From Fibrobacteria bacterium (GTDB lineage: Bacteria > Fibrobacterota > Fibrobacteria > UBA11236), in the NCBI GenBank assembly GCA_021155885.1, contig JAJNBB010000002.1, positions 2,929 to 66,928 on the forward strand: DNA of 64,000 bases. Direction: 5' to 3'. The translations under genes and the position numbers were made by a program. The notes beneath the pieces are model-generated. The model was not told where the DNA came from and made no database searches. It saw nothing but the letters and a program-made list of their open reading frames with translations. Shown piece after piece: positions 34,836 to 44,332 of this stretch (positions are counted from its first letter, which is position 1; each line of letters begins with the position of its first letter).

Positions 34836-36704
34836 CTAAAACAATCCGTGCAAACTCTTCCCCGGCCCCGCGAGCGCCTCCACCCTCTGCGCCGTATCCG
34901 GATCCGAAACCAGCGGCGGCGCGTGGTGGGGCTTGAGGCGCGCGTCGATCACGAGCGGTCCGCGGCAGCCCCAATGCTTGTTCTCGGTGAAGGCCGCGAC
35001 GCCGTGAACGTCGCGCGCCGGGTCGGAGCGGGTGAAGGTGGTCCACAGGAAGTTGTCGAGCGTGGACGCGGCGAAGGCCGGGTCGTCTGCCATTATCCAT
35101 AACGGCAGTCCATCGGCCTCGGGGAGCAGGCCCGCGTCGCGCAGGTGGTGCGAGAACTTTTCGATCTCGAGCATCAGGTTTTTGGGCGAGGCGTTCTCGC
35201 CCTCGGCGGCTGGGCCCCCGAACACAAGCACGCCCGGCTGCGCGAGGTGCGGCGGCGACCAGTAGGGCGGCCACGCGTCGAGCAAGGTTTGCGGGATGCG
35301 GACGAGGAGGTTGCGGCGGGGCGCTCCGGCCACGGTGACGACCAGCTTCGAGCCCTCGTTGAGCGCGCCGCCGCTGTAGTCCAGCGTGTCCATGGTGGTG
35401 TGCGTGGTGAAGTGCAGGTCCGTCTCCCAGCGCACGCGCATCAGCACGTGGCGCAAAAAGGCGCGCACGTTGCGGATGTCGAGGCCGGGATCGTCGCCGT
35501 GCGCGGCGAGGAAGAGGTATTTCGCGAGCGACATCTGGCCGTAGCCCAGCATGGCGTGCGCGACGGTGTGGAGCTCGCGGGGCTTGCGGGCGGCGGGCGT
35601 CTCGTACGGCACATAGCGGTCATCGGCGATCGCGAGGAGCAGCGGGTGCACGCCCGCCGCCTCCACCGCGTGCACGGCGCGCAGGCCGGGGATCTCGGAG
35701 GACAGCGCGCCGTCGGCGATCTCGTGGATGAAGGAAGCGAGCTGCGCGTCCTCCTGCGGCGGACGGCCCACCACGGTGAACGGCCATACGGCATCGCGGC
35801 GATGATAGACCTTGTCGATCGTCAGCACGGGGAAGTCATGCGCGAGGCTGTAGTAACCCAGATGGTCGCCGAAGGGCCCTTCGGGCAAGGTGCGCGCGGG
35901 GTCGACCCAGCCCGTGATGCAAAAGTCGGCATCGGCGGAGAGGAGGAAACCGTCCCGGCGGGCGCAACGAAAGTGCCGGCCCGCGAGGATGCCCGCGAAC
36001 AGCACCTCGGGAATGCCCTCGGGCAGGGGCATGACCGCGGCGAGGGAATGCGCGGGCGGGCCCCCGACGAAGATCGTGACGCGCAACCGCTCTCCTTTAC
36101 GGACGGCCGCATGATGGTGGACGCCGATGCCGCGATGGATCTGGTAATGCATCCCCGCCTCGCGGTCCGGGACGTACTGACCGCCCGAAAGCTGAATGCG
36201 GTACATGCCGAGGTTGGACTTTCCGATGCCCGGAGTATCAGGATGCTCGGTGTACACCTGCGGCAAGGTGATGAAGGCGCCGCCGTCCCGCGGCCAGCAC
36301 TGGATTTGCGGCAGCGCCGACAGCGTGGTCTCCCCCGCCGCCACGGGCGGGTTCGAGCTCGGTAGGGCTAGGCCCGTGCGCGCCCCCCACAATGCCTTTA
36401 GGGCCCTCCCCGGATGACGCAACGCATCCGCGGGATCGACCTTGAGCCTTACCAGTTCCCGCGCGCGCCGCACCCCGTCGCCGAGCAGGAATTCCGCGCG
36501 TTCCCGCGTCCCGAACAGGTTGGAAACCGCCGGGAACGGGCTGCCTTGGACGCGGGTGAACAGGAGGGCGGGCCCGCCCGCATCGTAGACGCGGCGGTGG
36601 ATCTCCGCCATTTCGAGACGGGGATCGACTTCCTCGGTGACCCGTCGAAGGAGCCCCCGCTTTTCCAGGGCGCGGAGGCTTTCATTGAGGGATGTGAAAT
36701 CCAT
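34836..36704 (-). CDS. ubiD: UbiD-family (prFMN-dependent) decarboxylase.
   Basis: 622 aa with full-length UbiD similarity (VSNLFGT, GPFGDHLGYY). Confidence 0.85.
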   Translation of the reverse strand: MDFTSLNESLRALEKRGLLRRVTEEVDPRLEMAEIHRRVYDAGGPALLFTRVQGSPFPAVSNLFGTRERAEFLLGDGVRRARELVRLKVDPADALRHPGRALKALWGARTGLALPSSNPPVAAGETTLSALPQIQCWPRDGGAFITLPQVYTEHPDTPGIGKSNLGMYRIQLSGGQYVPDREAGMHYQIHRGIGVHHHAAVRKGERLRVTIFVGGPPAHSLAAVMPLPEGIPEVLFAGILAGRHFRCARRDGFLLSADADFCITGWVDPARTLPEGPFGDHLGYYSLAHDFPVLTIDKVYHRRDAVWPFTVVGRPPQEDAQLASFIHEIADGALSSEIPGLRAVHAVEAAGVHPLLLAIADDRYVPYETPAARKPRELHTVAHAMLGYGQMSLAKYLFLAAHGDDPGLDIRNVRAFLRHVLMRVRWETDLHFTTHTTMDTLDYSGGALNEGSKLVVTVAGAPRRNLLVRIPQTLLDAWPPYWSPPHLAQPGVLVFGGPAAEGENASPKNLMLEIEKFSHHLRDAGLLPEADGLPLWIMADDPAFAASTLDNFLWTTFTRSDPARDVHGVAAFTENKHWGCRGPLVIDARLKPHHAPPLVSDPDTAQRVEALAGPGKSLHGLF

Positions 36705-36761
36705 CGCAGTCTCCTTCGAAGGGGGATTTTCGAGCCGACTTTAATAGGGGTCGGGCGATTA

Positions 36762-37145
36762 CTAGGCGGTCAGGACCGCGTCCGCCTCGATCTCGACGAG
36801 CATCGCCGGGTCGATCAGCTTGCTGACCTCGACCATGGCCATCGCCGGACGGACCTCGCCGAAAACCTCGCCGTGGGCGCGGCCGACGGCCTCCCACTGC
36901 GAGATATCCGTCACGAAAATACGCGTGCGCACCACGTCCGCGGCCTTGGCCCCGGCCTTTTCGAGGCCCGCGAGGATGTTTTTCAGGGCCTGGCGCGTCT
37001 GCGCCCCGGCGTCGGCGGCGAACTTGCCGTCGGCGTCCGCCCCGGTGGTTCCCGCCACAAAGATGAAATTGCCCACTTTGACGGCCCGGGAATAGCCCAG
37101 AATGGGCTCCCATTTGGATCCGGTCGAGATGTTTTCGCGCTGCAA
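36762..37145 (-). CDS. ridA: RidA/YjgF-family reactive-intermediate deaminase.
   Basis: About 128 aa: KWEPILGYSRAVKVGNFIFVAGTTG...RIFVTDISQWEAV...AMAMVEVSKL. No in-frame ATG. The likely TTG start at 37145 is preceded by AGGAGG. Confidence 0.75.
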   Translation of the reverse strand: MQRENISTGSKWEPILGYSRAVKVGNFIFVAGTTGADADGKFAADAGAQTRQALKNILAGLEKAGAKAADVVRTRIFVTDISQWEAVGRAHGEVFGEVRPAMAMVEVSKLIDPAMLVEIEADAVLTA

Positions 37146-37285
37146 AAAGGCCTCCTGCGTTGATCCGGGGAAAATAGAACTTGTAAAAAGGCTTGTCTGG
37201 AACCTCGGGGGGTTTTTACCTTGTTCCGCTCCCCCCAGCGGTCCGCGCTTGATACCAGGACGGCCGCCCAACCTTCGGAGTTTTT

Positions 37286-38005
37286 ATGAAATCGTTGAAA
37301 TTGGCCCTCGCCCTCGGAACGGCCGGACTCCTTCTGGCCGGTTGCAATAAAGACGGCGGCACCGACCTCAAGACCCCGATGGAAAAGGCCAGCTATATCA
37401 TCGGCCAGAACATCGGCAACAGCTTCAAGCAGCAGGGCCTCGACGCCGGCGCGGTGGATCTGGACAAGCTCAAGGCGGGCATCACGGACGCCTTGAACGG
37501 CGTGAAGCCGACGATGGACGAGAAGGAAATCCAGGAAATCATGATGACGTTCCAGCAGAACCTCATGAAGCGCGCCGACTCCCTGCGCACCCTGAAGGCG
37601 ACCGAGAACTTCAAGGCCGGCCAGGAATACCTCGCGAAGAACGCGAAGGAATCCGGCGTGGTCGTGCTTCCCAGCGGCCTGCAGTACAAGGTCCTGACCA
37701 AGGGCACGGGCCCGGTCCCCGGAGCGAACAGCACCGTCACCGTCCACTATGTCGGCACCCTCACCGACGGCACCGAGTTCGATAGCTCCCGCAAGCGCGG
37801 CGAGCCCGCGACCTTCCCGGTCACCGGCGTGATCGCCGGCTGGACCGAGGCGCTGCAGCTCATGCCCGTGGGCTCGAAGTGGAAGCTCGTCATCCCGTCC
37901 TCGCTCGCCTACGGCGAACAGGGCAGCGGCCCGGTCATCGGCCCCAACGCCGTGCTGATCTTCGAGGTCGAGCTCCTGTCGACCGCGGACGCGCAGCCGG
38001 AGTAA
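37286..38005 (+). CDS. fkpA: FKBP-type peptidyl-prolyl cis-trans isomerase (FkpA-like lipoprotein).
   Basis: Lipobox LLLAGC, N-terminal helical dimerisation domain, and a C-terminal FKBP domain (VTVHYVGTLTDGTEFDSS...LIFEVELL). Confidence 0.9.
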   Translation: MKSLKLALALGTAGLLLAGCNKDGGTDLKTPMEKASYIIGQNIGNSFKQQGLDAGAVDLDKLKAGITDALNGVKPTMDEKEIQEIMMTFQQNLMKRADSLRTLKATENFKAGQEYLAKNAKESGVVVLPSGLQYKVLTKGTGPVPGANSTVTVHYVGTLTDGTEFDSSRKRGEPATFPVTGVIAGWTEALQLMPVGSKWKLVIPSSLAYGEQGSGPVIGPNAVLIFEVELLSTADAQPE

Positions 38006-38037
38006 GGAAAATGTCCGGGGGGCCCCGCCCTCCTTCA

Positions 38038-38070
38038 CAAAAAAAGCCCGCGGCAACGCGGGCTTTTTTC
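38038..38070 (+). terminator. Rho-independent terminator AAAAAAAGCCCGCG-GCAAC-CGCGGGCTTTTTT after fkpA.
   Basis: Perfect 7-bp GC stem, A-run before it and T6 after it. Confidence 0.85.
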
Positions 38071-38108
38071 GTGGGCCGATTTCGAGCGGGTCGGGCTCGG
38101 GCGGGAAA

Positions 38109-38568
38109 GGACTTAGGACTTAGGGCTTAGGTGGCATAGGTTTTGATATGAGTCCTTGACCTTTGGAGGCCAACCATGCGAAATTATCGTGCGCTCATGA
38201 TCTGGAAAAAATCTCACGAATTCTCTCTGGAAATTTATCGGCTGACACATGAATTTCCACGAAGGGAAATTTATGGCTTGACAAGTCAAATCAGACGCGC
38301 CAGCGCCTCTGTTCCGACCAATATTGCGGAGGGATGCGGACGAAACGGAAACCCTGAATTCATCCACTTTCTTCAAATTGCGCTGGGATCAGCCAATGAA
38401 GTCGATTACCAGATCCTGCTATCCAAAGATCTGGGATACCTACCGCAAGCCGACTATGAGCGACTCTGTGAAAGTTCTAGTGAACTTCGGCGGATGCTTG
38501 CCACCTTTATTCGGAACGCACGTACCCTACCGGCACATAGGCCGTACCTAAGCCCTAAGTCCTAAGCC
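38109..38568. mobile_element. Low-GC cassette bounded by perfect inverted repeats CTTAGGACTTAGGGCTTAGGT / ACCTAAGCCCTAAGTCCTAAG, carrying a four-helix-bundle (IVS-type) gene.
   Basis: Inverted repeats at 38112-38132 and 38546-38566. The interior is about 45-50 % GC versus about 68 % around it. No transposase is present. Confidence 0.4.
38176..38565 (+). CDS. Four-helix-bundle protein (23S rRNA intervening-sequence protein family, TIGR02436).
   Basis: 129 aa. WKKSHEFSLEIYRLT...LTSQIRRASASVPTNIAEG...FLQIALGSANEVDYQILLSKDLGYL is diagnostic for this family. Confidence 0.85.
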   Translation: MRNYRALMIWKKSHEFSLEIYRLTHEFPRREIYGLTSQIRRASASVPTNIAEGCGRNGNPEFIHFLQIALGSANEVDYQILLSKDLGYLPQADYERLCESSSELRRMLATFIRNARTLPAHRPYLSPKS

Positions 38569-39729
38569 CTTCATCAAACTCGGTGCCAGCACGGATGAGT
38601 ACTTCTTCCGGATCCACGCCTCGTCCGGCTTGTCCTTGCCCCCCTGCAGCAGGCGCAGGTCGGCGTCGAGGGCATAGAGGTAGGGGTACCACTCCAGCTT
38701 GAGAGGGGACTTCCAGTCCCAGATCAGGGGCTTGAGCGTCGCCCGATGGGCCTTGAGCTTGGCGGGCGTCAGATCCTTGGGGGCGAGACGCACGAAGGGC
38801 GATGCGATCAGCCCCGCGATCTTCTGAAACTCCGCGGGGACATCCCAGGCCTTCAAAGCCTTCTTCCACGCAGTCGCGGGCGATTCGCCGCGCAAAAAAC
38901 CGCCGAGCAGGTCCAGGTAGAACAGGTCGGTATGGTACAGACCCGTGGGATTGATCAGCATGCCCCGCGTCGTCTTTAGCAGGGCCTTGGACCGGCCCGC
39001 GAAGGGGCCGAGGAAGATCTTGCCGGGGCAATAGTCGTTGGCGTAGAGATTGTCCCAGATCACGGGGGCGGCGCCGGCGCGGCGGGTCACGGCTTTCATA
39101 TCGGCGGCGGAATAATCCGGCGATACGATGGCGCGGCCGGTCCACATCACTTCGATACCGGGAACGATGAATGGCTTCAGGTCGCGCAGGTAGGCGCTCT
39201 TTTCGATTCCCTCGGGCGCGAAAAAGTCGCTGTACACCGTGGGGCAAAACCACAGGCGGCGAATCCCCTGCTTTTGCAAGCGCGGCCACAGCTTTTGCAG
39301 CATCAACCCGTGCGCCTCGCCCAGGGAGCGAAAGAAGGGGCGGTCCGCCGCGGGAAGTTCCACGGGGATGTCGTCCATCAGCAGGGCGGCCTCTTCGCAG
39401 CCCAGCTCCGTGAGCGAACGCAACTTGCGGACCAGCGCCTCGAAGTCCCCGGGCTTGCGGTAGCGGTAGCTCAGGCCGGGCGCGAGCCCCGGCACGACGT
39501 GCACGCCCAGTTTTTTGGACGTGGCGACGAAGGCCTTGAAGTCTCCCCTCCAGGCGGCGGGGTAAGGCGCACGCCATTCCTTGCGGTGGTAGAGATCTTC
39601 CTTGGGGGCATAGAGATAATGCCCGGCGCCGATTTCCTGCAGCTTGCGGACGAGGCCCAGCCGCTCGGAAAACGTGAGCAGCCGGCCGTAGTAGCCTTCG
39701 ATATAGCCGGAGAGGAAGGGACGGGTCAT
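38548..39729 (-). CDS. GH84-family beta-N-acetylglucosaminidase (O-GlcNAcase/NagJ-like) catalytic domain protein.
   Basis: YIEGYYGRLLTF, LLMDDIP and VIWDNLYANDY motifs of the GH84 TIM barrel. Its stop codon lies inside the right inverted repeat of the cassette. Confidence 0.65.
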   Translation of the reverse strand: MTRPFLSGYIEGYYGRLLTFSERLGLVRKLQEIGAGHYLYAPKEDLYHRKEWRAPYPAAWRGDFKAFVATSKKLGVHVVPGLAPGLSYRYRKPGDFEALVRKLRSLTELGCEEAALLMDDIPVELPAADRPFFRSLGEAHGLMLQKLWPRLQKQGIRRLWFCPTVYSDFFAPEGIEKSAYLRDLKPFIVPGIEVMWTGRAIVSPDYSAADMKAVTRRAGAAPVIWDNLYANDYCPGKIFLGPFAGRSKALLKTTRGMLINPTGLYHTDLFYLDLLGGFLRGESPATAWKKALKAWDVPAEFQKIAGLIASPFVRLAPKDLTPAKLKAHRATLKPLIWDWKSPLKLEWYPYLYALDADLRLLQGGKDKPDEAWIRKKYSSVLAPSLMKGLGLRA

Positions 39730-40538
39730 TTGGTTTTTTTCGCGCGCGCCGTTTTTTCCAGCGAACGGAGGGCGAGGTGATACCCCCCCGCGACGTCAAG
39801 ATTGACGCCGGTGATATAGCGCGCGCCGTCGCCGACGAGGAATTCCACGGCATCGGTCACCTCGGCGACCGTGCCCAGACGCCGCATCGGCACGAAGTCG
39901 GCGGGGTTGTCGGGCAGTTCCACGCTGTTCGAGAGGATGCCCGGCGAAACCATGTTGACGCGAACGCCCGCGGCGCCGAGCGCCTGCGCCAGCGACTTGG
40001 TGAGCACCAGCAGGCCGGTCTTCGAGATCAGATAGGCGGTGTTATGGGTCGACCCTGAAAGACCCTCGACCCCCGCGTAGCCGATGTTGACGATGCTCCC
40101 GCCCTTGGGGATCAAGGTGACCAGCGCCTGGATGAGGCGGAAGGTGCCCGAGAGATTGGTTTGCAGGACGGCCTCGAAGTCGTCGGCGGAGAAATCCAGC
40201 AGGGGGCCGGTTCTGTACACGCCGACGTTGTTGACCAGAATATCCAACCGGCGCGCGCCGATCGTCTTCAGCCCGGCGCGGACGGAGAGCGCCAGGGATT
40301 CCACCTCGGCGGGGTCGCCCAGGTCGCCGCGCACGAGCGCGCCGCGGCCCCCGGCCTTCACGATCGCGCGGAGGACGGCCTCAGCCTCGCGCTTCGACCC
40401 GAGATAATGGACGAAGGTGAAGTAACCGGCGGCCGCCAGGCGCAGGGCGATCTCGCGGCCGAGCCGGCGCGCCGAACCGGTCACCAGGGCCGTCCGGGTC
40501 GGTGCAGAAGTTTTTTTCGAGGCGGAACTTTTAGCCAT
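39726..40538 (-). CDS. SDR-family oxidoreductase.
   Basis: TGSARRLGREIA (Gly-rich NAD(P) site) and YxxxK (YLISK). Start at MAKSSASKK with SD AGGAGAGGT. Confidence 0.85.
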   Translation of the reverse strand: MAKSSASKKTSAPTRTALVTGSARRLGREIALRLAAAGYFTFVHYLGSKREAEAVLRAIVKAGGRGALVRGDLGDPAEVESLALSVRAGLKTIGARRLDILVNNVGVYRTGPLLDFSADDFEAVLQTNLSGTFRLIQALVTLIPKGGSIVNIGYAGVEGLSGSTHNTAYLISKTGLLVLTKSLAQALGAAGVRVNMVSPGILSNSVELPDNPADFVPMRRLGTVAEVTDAVEFLVGDGARYITGVNLDVAGGYHLALRSLEKTARAKKTK

Positions 40539-40700
40539 GTTACCTCTCCTTCTATGCTGCCGTATTCGCGGCGGGCAAAGCCTCGAACACTTGGACGGAG
40601 CGCAGCGAGGCAGGCCCCTCGAGGGCCCCGAGCGAGCACCGCCCAAGTGTTCGAGGCGGCACGCGCGCCGCATGCAGGATAATATTCAGAAGATGGCTTC

Positions 40701-41057
40701 TCACGCGCACTCCTGCTCCACCGTGACGATCGCGCCCTGCGCGTTCAGCACGGCGCCGGGCTTGCGGATCACGAACTTGCAGCGGCGCAGCGCCGGATGC
40801 CGCTCCAGGATGCGCGCGCAGCAGCGTTGCGCCAAGGTCTCGATGATCTGGAAGCGCTCGGCGCGGATGTACTCGGTGAGGTCGGAGGCCACCTCCGTAT
40901 AATCCACCGTGTCGGCCAGGTGGTCCGAGGCGGCCACGCGCGTGAAGTCGAACTCCATGTCGACGTCGACGAACAGGTTCTGCTCGATCTTGCGCTCGTG
41001 CGGGTAGATCCCCACGATGCACGAAATCTTCAGTTCGCGGATGCTCAGGATGCCCAC
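40701..41057 (-). CDS. folB: Dihydroneopterin aldolase.
   Basis: About 118 aa: LKISCIVGIYPHERKIEQNLFVDVDMEF...IIETLAQRC. Apparent GTG start overlapping the upstream Nudix gene. Confidence 0.8.
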   Translation of the reverse strand: MGILSIRELKISCIVGIYPHERKIEQNLFVDVDMEFDFTRVAASDHLADTVDYTEVASDLTEYIRAERFQIIETLAQRCCARILERHPALRRCKFVIRKPGAVLNAQGAIVTVEQECA

Positions 41058-41959
41058 AGTTTTTCCCCTTTGATGATCAAATATTGCGTGATGAGCACGC
41101 GCGTGGGATCGTTGAGCGGGCGCTGCGCACCCTCTCCCCCGTTCTTCAGCGCCTCCTCGGCCGGACCCCAAAAATACTCCGCGCCCTCGTGGTTAAGCCG
41201 TACCGCGGGATGCCGTCCGGCCACGCGGCCCAGAAAATTGACCAGCACGAAGTGCCGCTTGCGGAAGAACTCCGGGTGCTCCACCGCCTCCTGGGTCAGC
41301 ACCAGGCGCGCCTCGAGCACCTCGAGCCCGGTTTCCTCGCGCGCCTCGCGGCGAAAGGCGGCCTTCAGCGTCTCGCCGTAGTCGACCTTGCCGCCGGGAA
41401 TACCCCACTTGCCCGACCACTTGCGCGTCCGCACCAGCAGCACGTCCCCGCCTTCGTCGAGCAGCAGGCCTCCCACCGTGACGATGGGGAACAAACGACG
41501 CTCGACGGTGTTGACCTTCCAGATGGCGTTGACCACCTCTTCCACCGAGGTGAAGACGTTCTCGCCGCCCGGCGGCTCTGCGTCGCCCGGGGCCGGGAAG
41601 GAGCCAGCCGCCGGGAAGGCAGGGGAGCTCGCCAGGTAGAAGCAGGGAACCGAGGCCGCGCGCGCGGCCGCCCGGGCCTTGGGCGACGCACCCACCAAGG
41701 CCGTCTCGTCCAGGGCGAGCCCGCGTTCCCCAATCGCGAGGGAGAGCGTTTCCGGAGAGGCCCCCGAAAACCGCTTGCCCTCGAAAAAAGACCGGATTTC
41801 CGCGGGAATCCGGAGAACCTCGACCGCGGAGACGTCTTCCCAGAGAAACAGCCGGTTACGGCGGCCCAGAGCCGGAAGTTCGGGCCCCCACTCCAGCTTG
41901 GTGGAGCCCCCGGGGGTGCCGCCGACGATGAAAAGAGAAGCCGTAAAAATCACGTTCAT
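41045..41959 (-). CDS. Nudix hydrolase with an uncharacterised roughly 150-aa N-terminal domain.
   Basis: Nudix box GIPGGKVDYGETLKAAFRREAREETGL in the C-terminal half. Confidence 0.75.
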   Translation of the reverse strand: MNVIFTASLFIVGGTPGGSTKLEWGPELPALGRRNRLFLWEDVSAVEVLRIPAEIRSFFEGKRFSGASPETLSLAIGERGLALDETALVGASPKARAAARAASVPCFYLASSPAFPAAGSFPAPGDAEPPGGENVFTSVEEVVNAIWKVNTVERRLFPIVTVGGLLLDEGGDVLLVRTRKWSGKWGIPGGKVDYGETLKAAFRREAREETGLEVLEARLVLTQEAVEHPEFFRKRHFVLVNFLGRVAGRHPAVRLNHEGAEYFWGPAEEALKNGGEGAQRPLNDPTRVLITQYLIIKGEKLWAS

Positions 41960-41996
41960 GATGGGGCTAATTATAGGTACTTAGTAGATTACGCCC

Positions 41997-43229
41997 GTGA
42001 ATTCCGCACCGCGCACCGGGCTCCAAACCGAAGGCAAATCCGCCCGTTCCCGGGTCCTGGGAACGGTCCTGGGGATTTTGGGGACGGGATTCGGAAGCGC
42101 CTTCGCCCTCGAGCAGACCTCCGGCGTCAACCTGACCGCCAGCGAAGGCTTCGGCGCGCGCCAGCAGGGCATGGCCGTGCAGCGCGCGGGCTTCGCGCAG
42201 GGCGCCGACGCGGTCGTCAACGCCCCCGCCTCAATGAACGACGTCAACGACTTCACGTTCTCCACCGGACACGCCGAACAGTTCGGGATGGCGCGTTTCG
42301 ACAACTTCGCCCTGCTCATCCCCTGGCACGCGCGGAGCACCTTGGGCCTCGCGGTCGCGCGGTACTCCGTCACCGGCATCGAGCAGTACGGCTCGGATTT
42401 CGATCCGGCCACCGAATCCGATCCCGACGGCCTCTTCGACGCCGCCGACTGGATGGTCTCCGGGGCCTTCGCCCGCCGCTTCGGGGCATTCGACGTCGGC
42501 GGCGCGGTGCATTTGCTGCGCCGGCAACTGGACCAAAGCGGGCTCGGCATGCGCGGCGACCTGATGGGCCAGTATACCTACGACCGCCGCTACCGCGCCG
42601 GCGCCTTTATCCGCGGGGCGCTGCCTTCCACCGCCGCGTGGGAGGAAGGCCTCACCGAGTATGAGGCGCCCGAAGCGTCGCTGTTCGTCTCGGGCCTCTG
42701 GCCCCTCCCCTACTTTTACGGGTCGCTGCAGGCCGGGCTCGAAACCCCCGGCATCTTTCAATACGGAGCCCGCTCCAGCTCGCGGCTCGAGGGCGAACGC
42801 GGCATCACCGATCCCGCGTCGGTGATCCGAACCTCGCGGGTCGGCGCGGAATTCAACTTCGACTTCGGCCTGAGTCTGCGCGCCGGGTTCGACGAGCTCG
42901 CCCCCTCCGCCTGGGGTTCTTCGGCGCGCCTGGGCATGGGCTACCACTGGCGGAACATCCTGGGCATCGACTACGCTTTCTCGGCCCACCCCTACCTCGA
43001 CCAAAGTCATCGCATCTCCCTGCGCTTCACCCCCTCGTTCCCCAAGTTCGAGGGCCGCAATTTCCGGCCGCGCGAGCCGCAACGCAATCGGGACCGCATT
43101 CCCCGGCCCGATTATCGCCCCACCTATCCCTCGCCCTATACCCCGGGCAAGCCCTTGCCCGATCCGGCCCCCGAGGAACTGGAAGAGGAAGAGCTGGAAG
43201 AAGGGGAGATTCAAGAGATCGTGGAGTAG
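41997..43229 (+). CDS. Hypothetical outer-membrane beta-barrel-like protein (possibly PorQ/PorV-type) with an acidic C-terminal tail.
   Basis: Signal-like N-terminus, alternating-hydrophobicity strands, aromatic-rich segments, and a C-terminal Pro/Arg-rich then EELEEEELEEGE tail. Family assignment is uncertain. Confidence 0.45.
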   Translation: MNSAPRTGLQTEGKSARSRVLGTVLGILGTGFGSAFALEQTSGVNLTASEGFGARQQGMAVQRAGFAQGADAVVNAPASMNDVNDFTFSTGHAEQFGMARFDNFALLIPWHARSTLGLAVARYSVTGIEQYGSDFDPATESDPDGLFDAADWMVSGAFARRFGAFDVGGAVHLLRRQLDQSGLGMRGDLMGQYTYDRRYRAGAFIRGALPSTAAWEEGLTEYEAPEASLFVSGLWPLPYFYGSLQAGLETPGIFQYGARSSSRLEGERGITDPASVIRTSRVGAEFNFDFGLSLRAGFDELAPSAWGSSARLGMGYHWRNILGIDYAFSAHPYLDQSHRISLRFTPSFPKFEGRNFRPREPQRNRDRIPRPDYRPTYPSPYTPGKPLPDPAPEELEEEELEEGEIQEIVE

Positions 43230-43354
43230 GCAGGGACAGTTGAGAGTTGACGGTTGACAGGGAAGGTAGTCCGTAGGCAAAACTACCGGCCTTGCGGGTC
43301 TATTGACCCGTCCTGTCAACTGTCCACTGTCAACCGTCAACTATCTTTCCTCCC

Positions 43355-44332
43355 GTGAAAATGTCGCATGCGGACTTTCGTCCGAAGAGAAGATCCGGCG
43401 TGGTGCCTTCGGGCAAGCCTCGCCGCAAAATCCCGCTGCTGCGGATTCTTCTTTTACTCCTCCTCGCCTTTTTCGTGTACCTGAAGTTCGACTCCCTGTG
43501 GACGGGAATCCGCGCCCTGAACCCGGTAGCGTTGTGGGACCGCGCCTTCGGCGGAGACCCCGTCGCGCCGGACGCGCGCGCGCATCCGGTCTGGTCGGCC
43601 GACTCCTCGCGATTCTCCCTCGAGTGCCCGGGCGGCCTGCGCGGCTGCTGCGACACCGCCCCCCGTTCCGGCGCGGGCGTGTGCCGCGAGGCGGCCGCCC
43701 TGCTGGCCAAGGCGCGCGCGCGGGGCCTTCTGCCGCCCGCGTCTTCCGCGACGCCCGAGTCGCCCCTGCGCCTCCACGCCCGCGCCGGGGTTTCACGCGC
43801 CGCCCAGGGCTTCTTCGAGCTCACGGCCTTGCAAGGACGCACCTCGGGAAAAACCGGCGGCGCCTTCGCCCTGCGCAAGAATTCCGCCGGGATCTGGTGC
43901 GACGCGCGCCACCTCTGCCTCTCCCGGTCCGCCCCGCGTTCCCCCCTGGCCCTGGGACGGCTTCTGCGCGGCCCCGACTCCTTGGGCGCGGCCCGCTGGG
44001 TCTCGGCTTCCTCCGCCGTGCATCCCGTGCTTTCAGGACGCATCGCCGCCATCGATTCGGTCCCCGGCGGTGCGCGCGTGCGCCTTTACCACGGGGGCGA
44101 ACTCTACACCTCCTATGAACCCCTGCGCTTCGTCCCCGCGGGCCTCCGGCCCGGGGCCATGGTGACACCGGGCAGCGTGCTGGGCGAGGCCCCCTGGCTG
44201 GCGGCGGGCTATACGGTGTATTTGCGCGTGCGCCGCGCGGGGCTCAACCTCGATCCGGCCGAGTTCTTCTCGATCCAGCCCGTGGCCGCGGCGGAAGAAG
44301 CCGACACCACCGCCATCCCGGATTCCCCTTGA
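43355..44332 (+). CDS. Membrane-anchored protein with a C-terminal degenerate M23/LytM-like domain, probably non-catalytic.
   Basis: N-terminal TM (LLRILLLLLLAFFVYL). The C-terminal GRIAAIDSVPGGARVRLYHGGELYTSYEPL...VTPGSVLGE resembles an M23 beta-fold but lacks the HxH metal ligands. Confidence 0.5.
   Translation: MKMSHADFRPKRRSGVVPSGKPRRKIPLLRILLLLLLAFFVYLKFDSLWTGIRALNPVALWDRAFGGDPVAPDARAHPVWSADSSRFSLECPGGLRGCCDTAPRSGAGVCREAAALLAKARARGLLPPASSATPESPLRLHARAGVSRAAQGFFELTALQGRTSGKTGGAFALRKNSAGIWCDARHLCLSRSAPRSPLALGRLLRGPDSLGAARWVSASSAVHPVLSGRIAAIDSVPGGARVRLYHGGELYTSYEPLRFVPAGLRPGAMVTPGSVLGEAPWLAAGYTVYLRVRRAGLNLDPAEFFSIQPVAAAEEADTTAIPDSP

Noticed and set aside
35145-36365. 406-aa plus-strand ORF
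   Set aside because: Antisense to ubiD.
38555-39853. 432-aa minus-strand ORF
   Set aside because: Alternative frame of the GH84 gene. The GH84 frame carries the family motifs.
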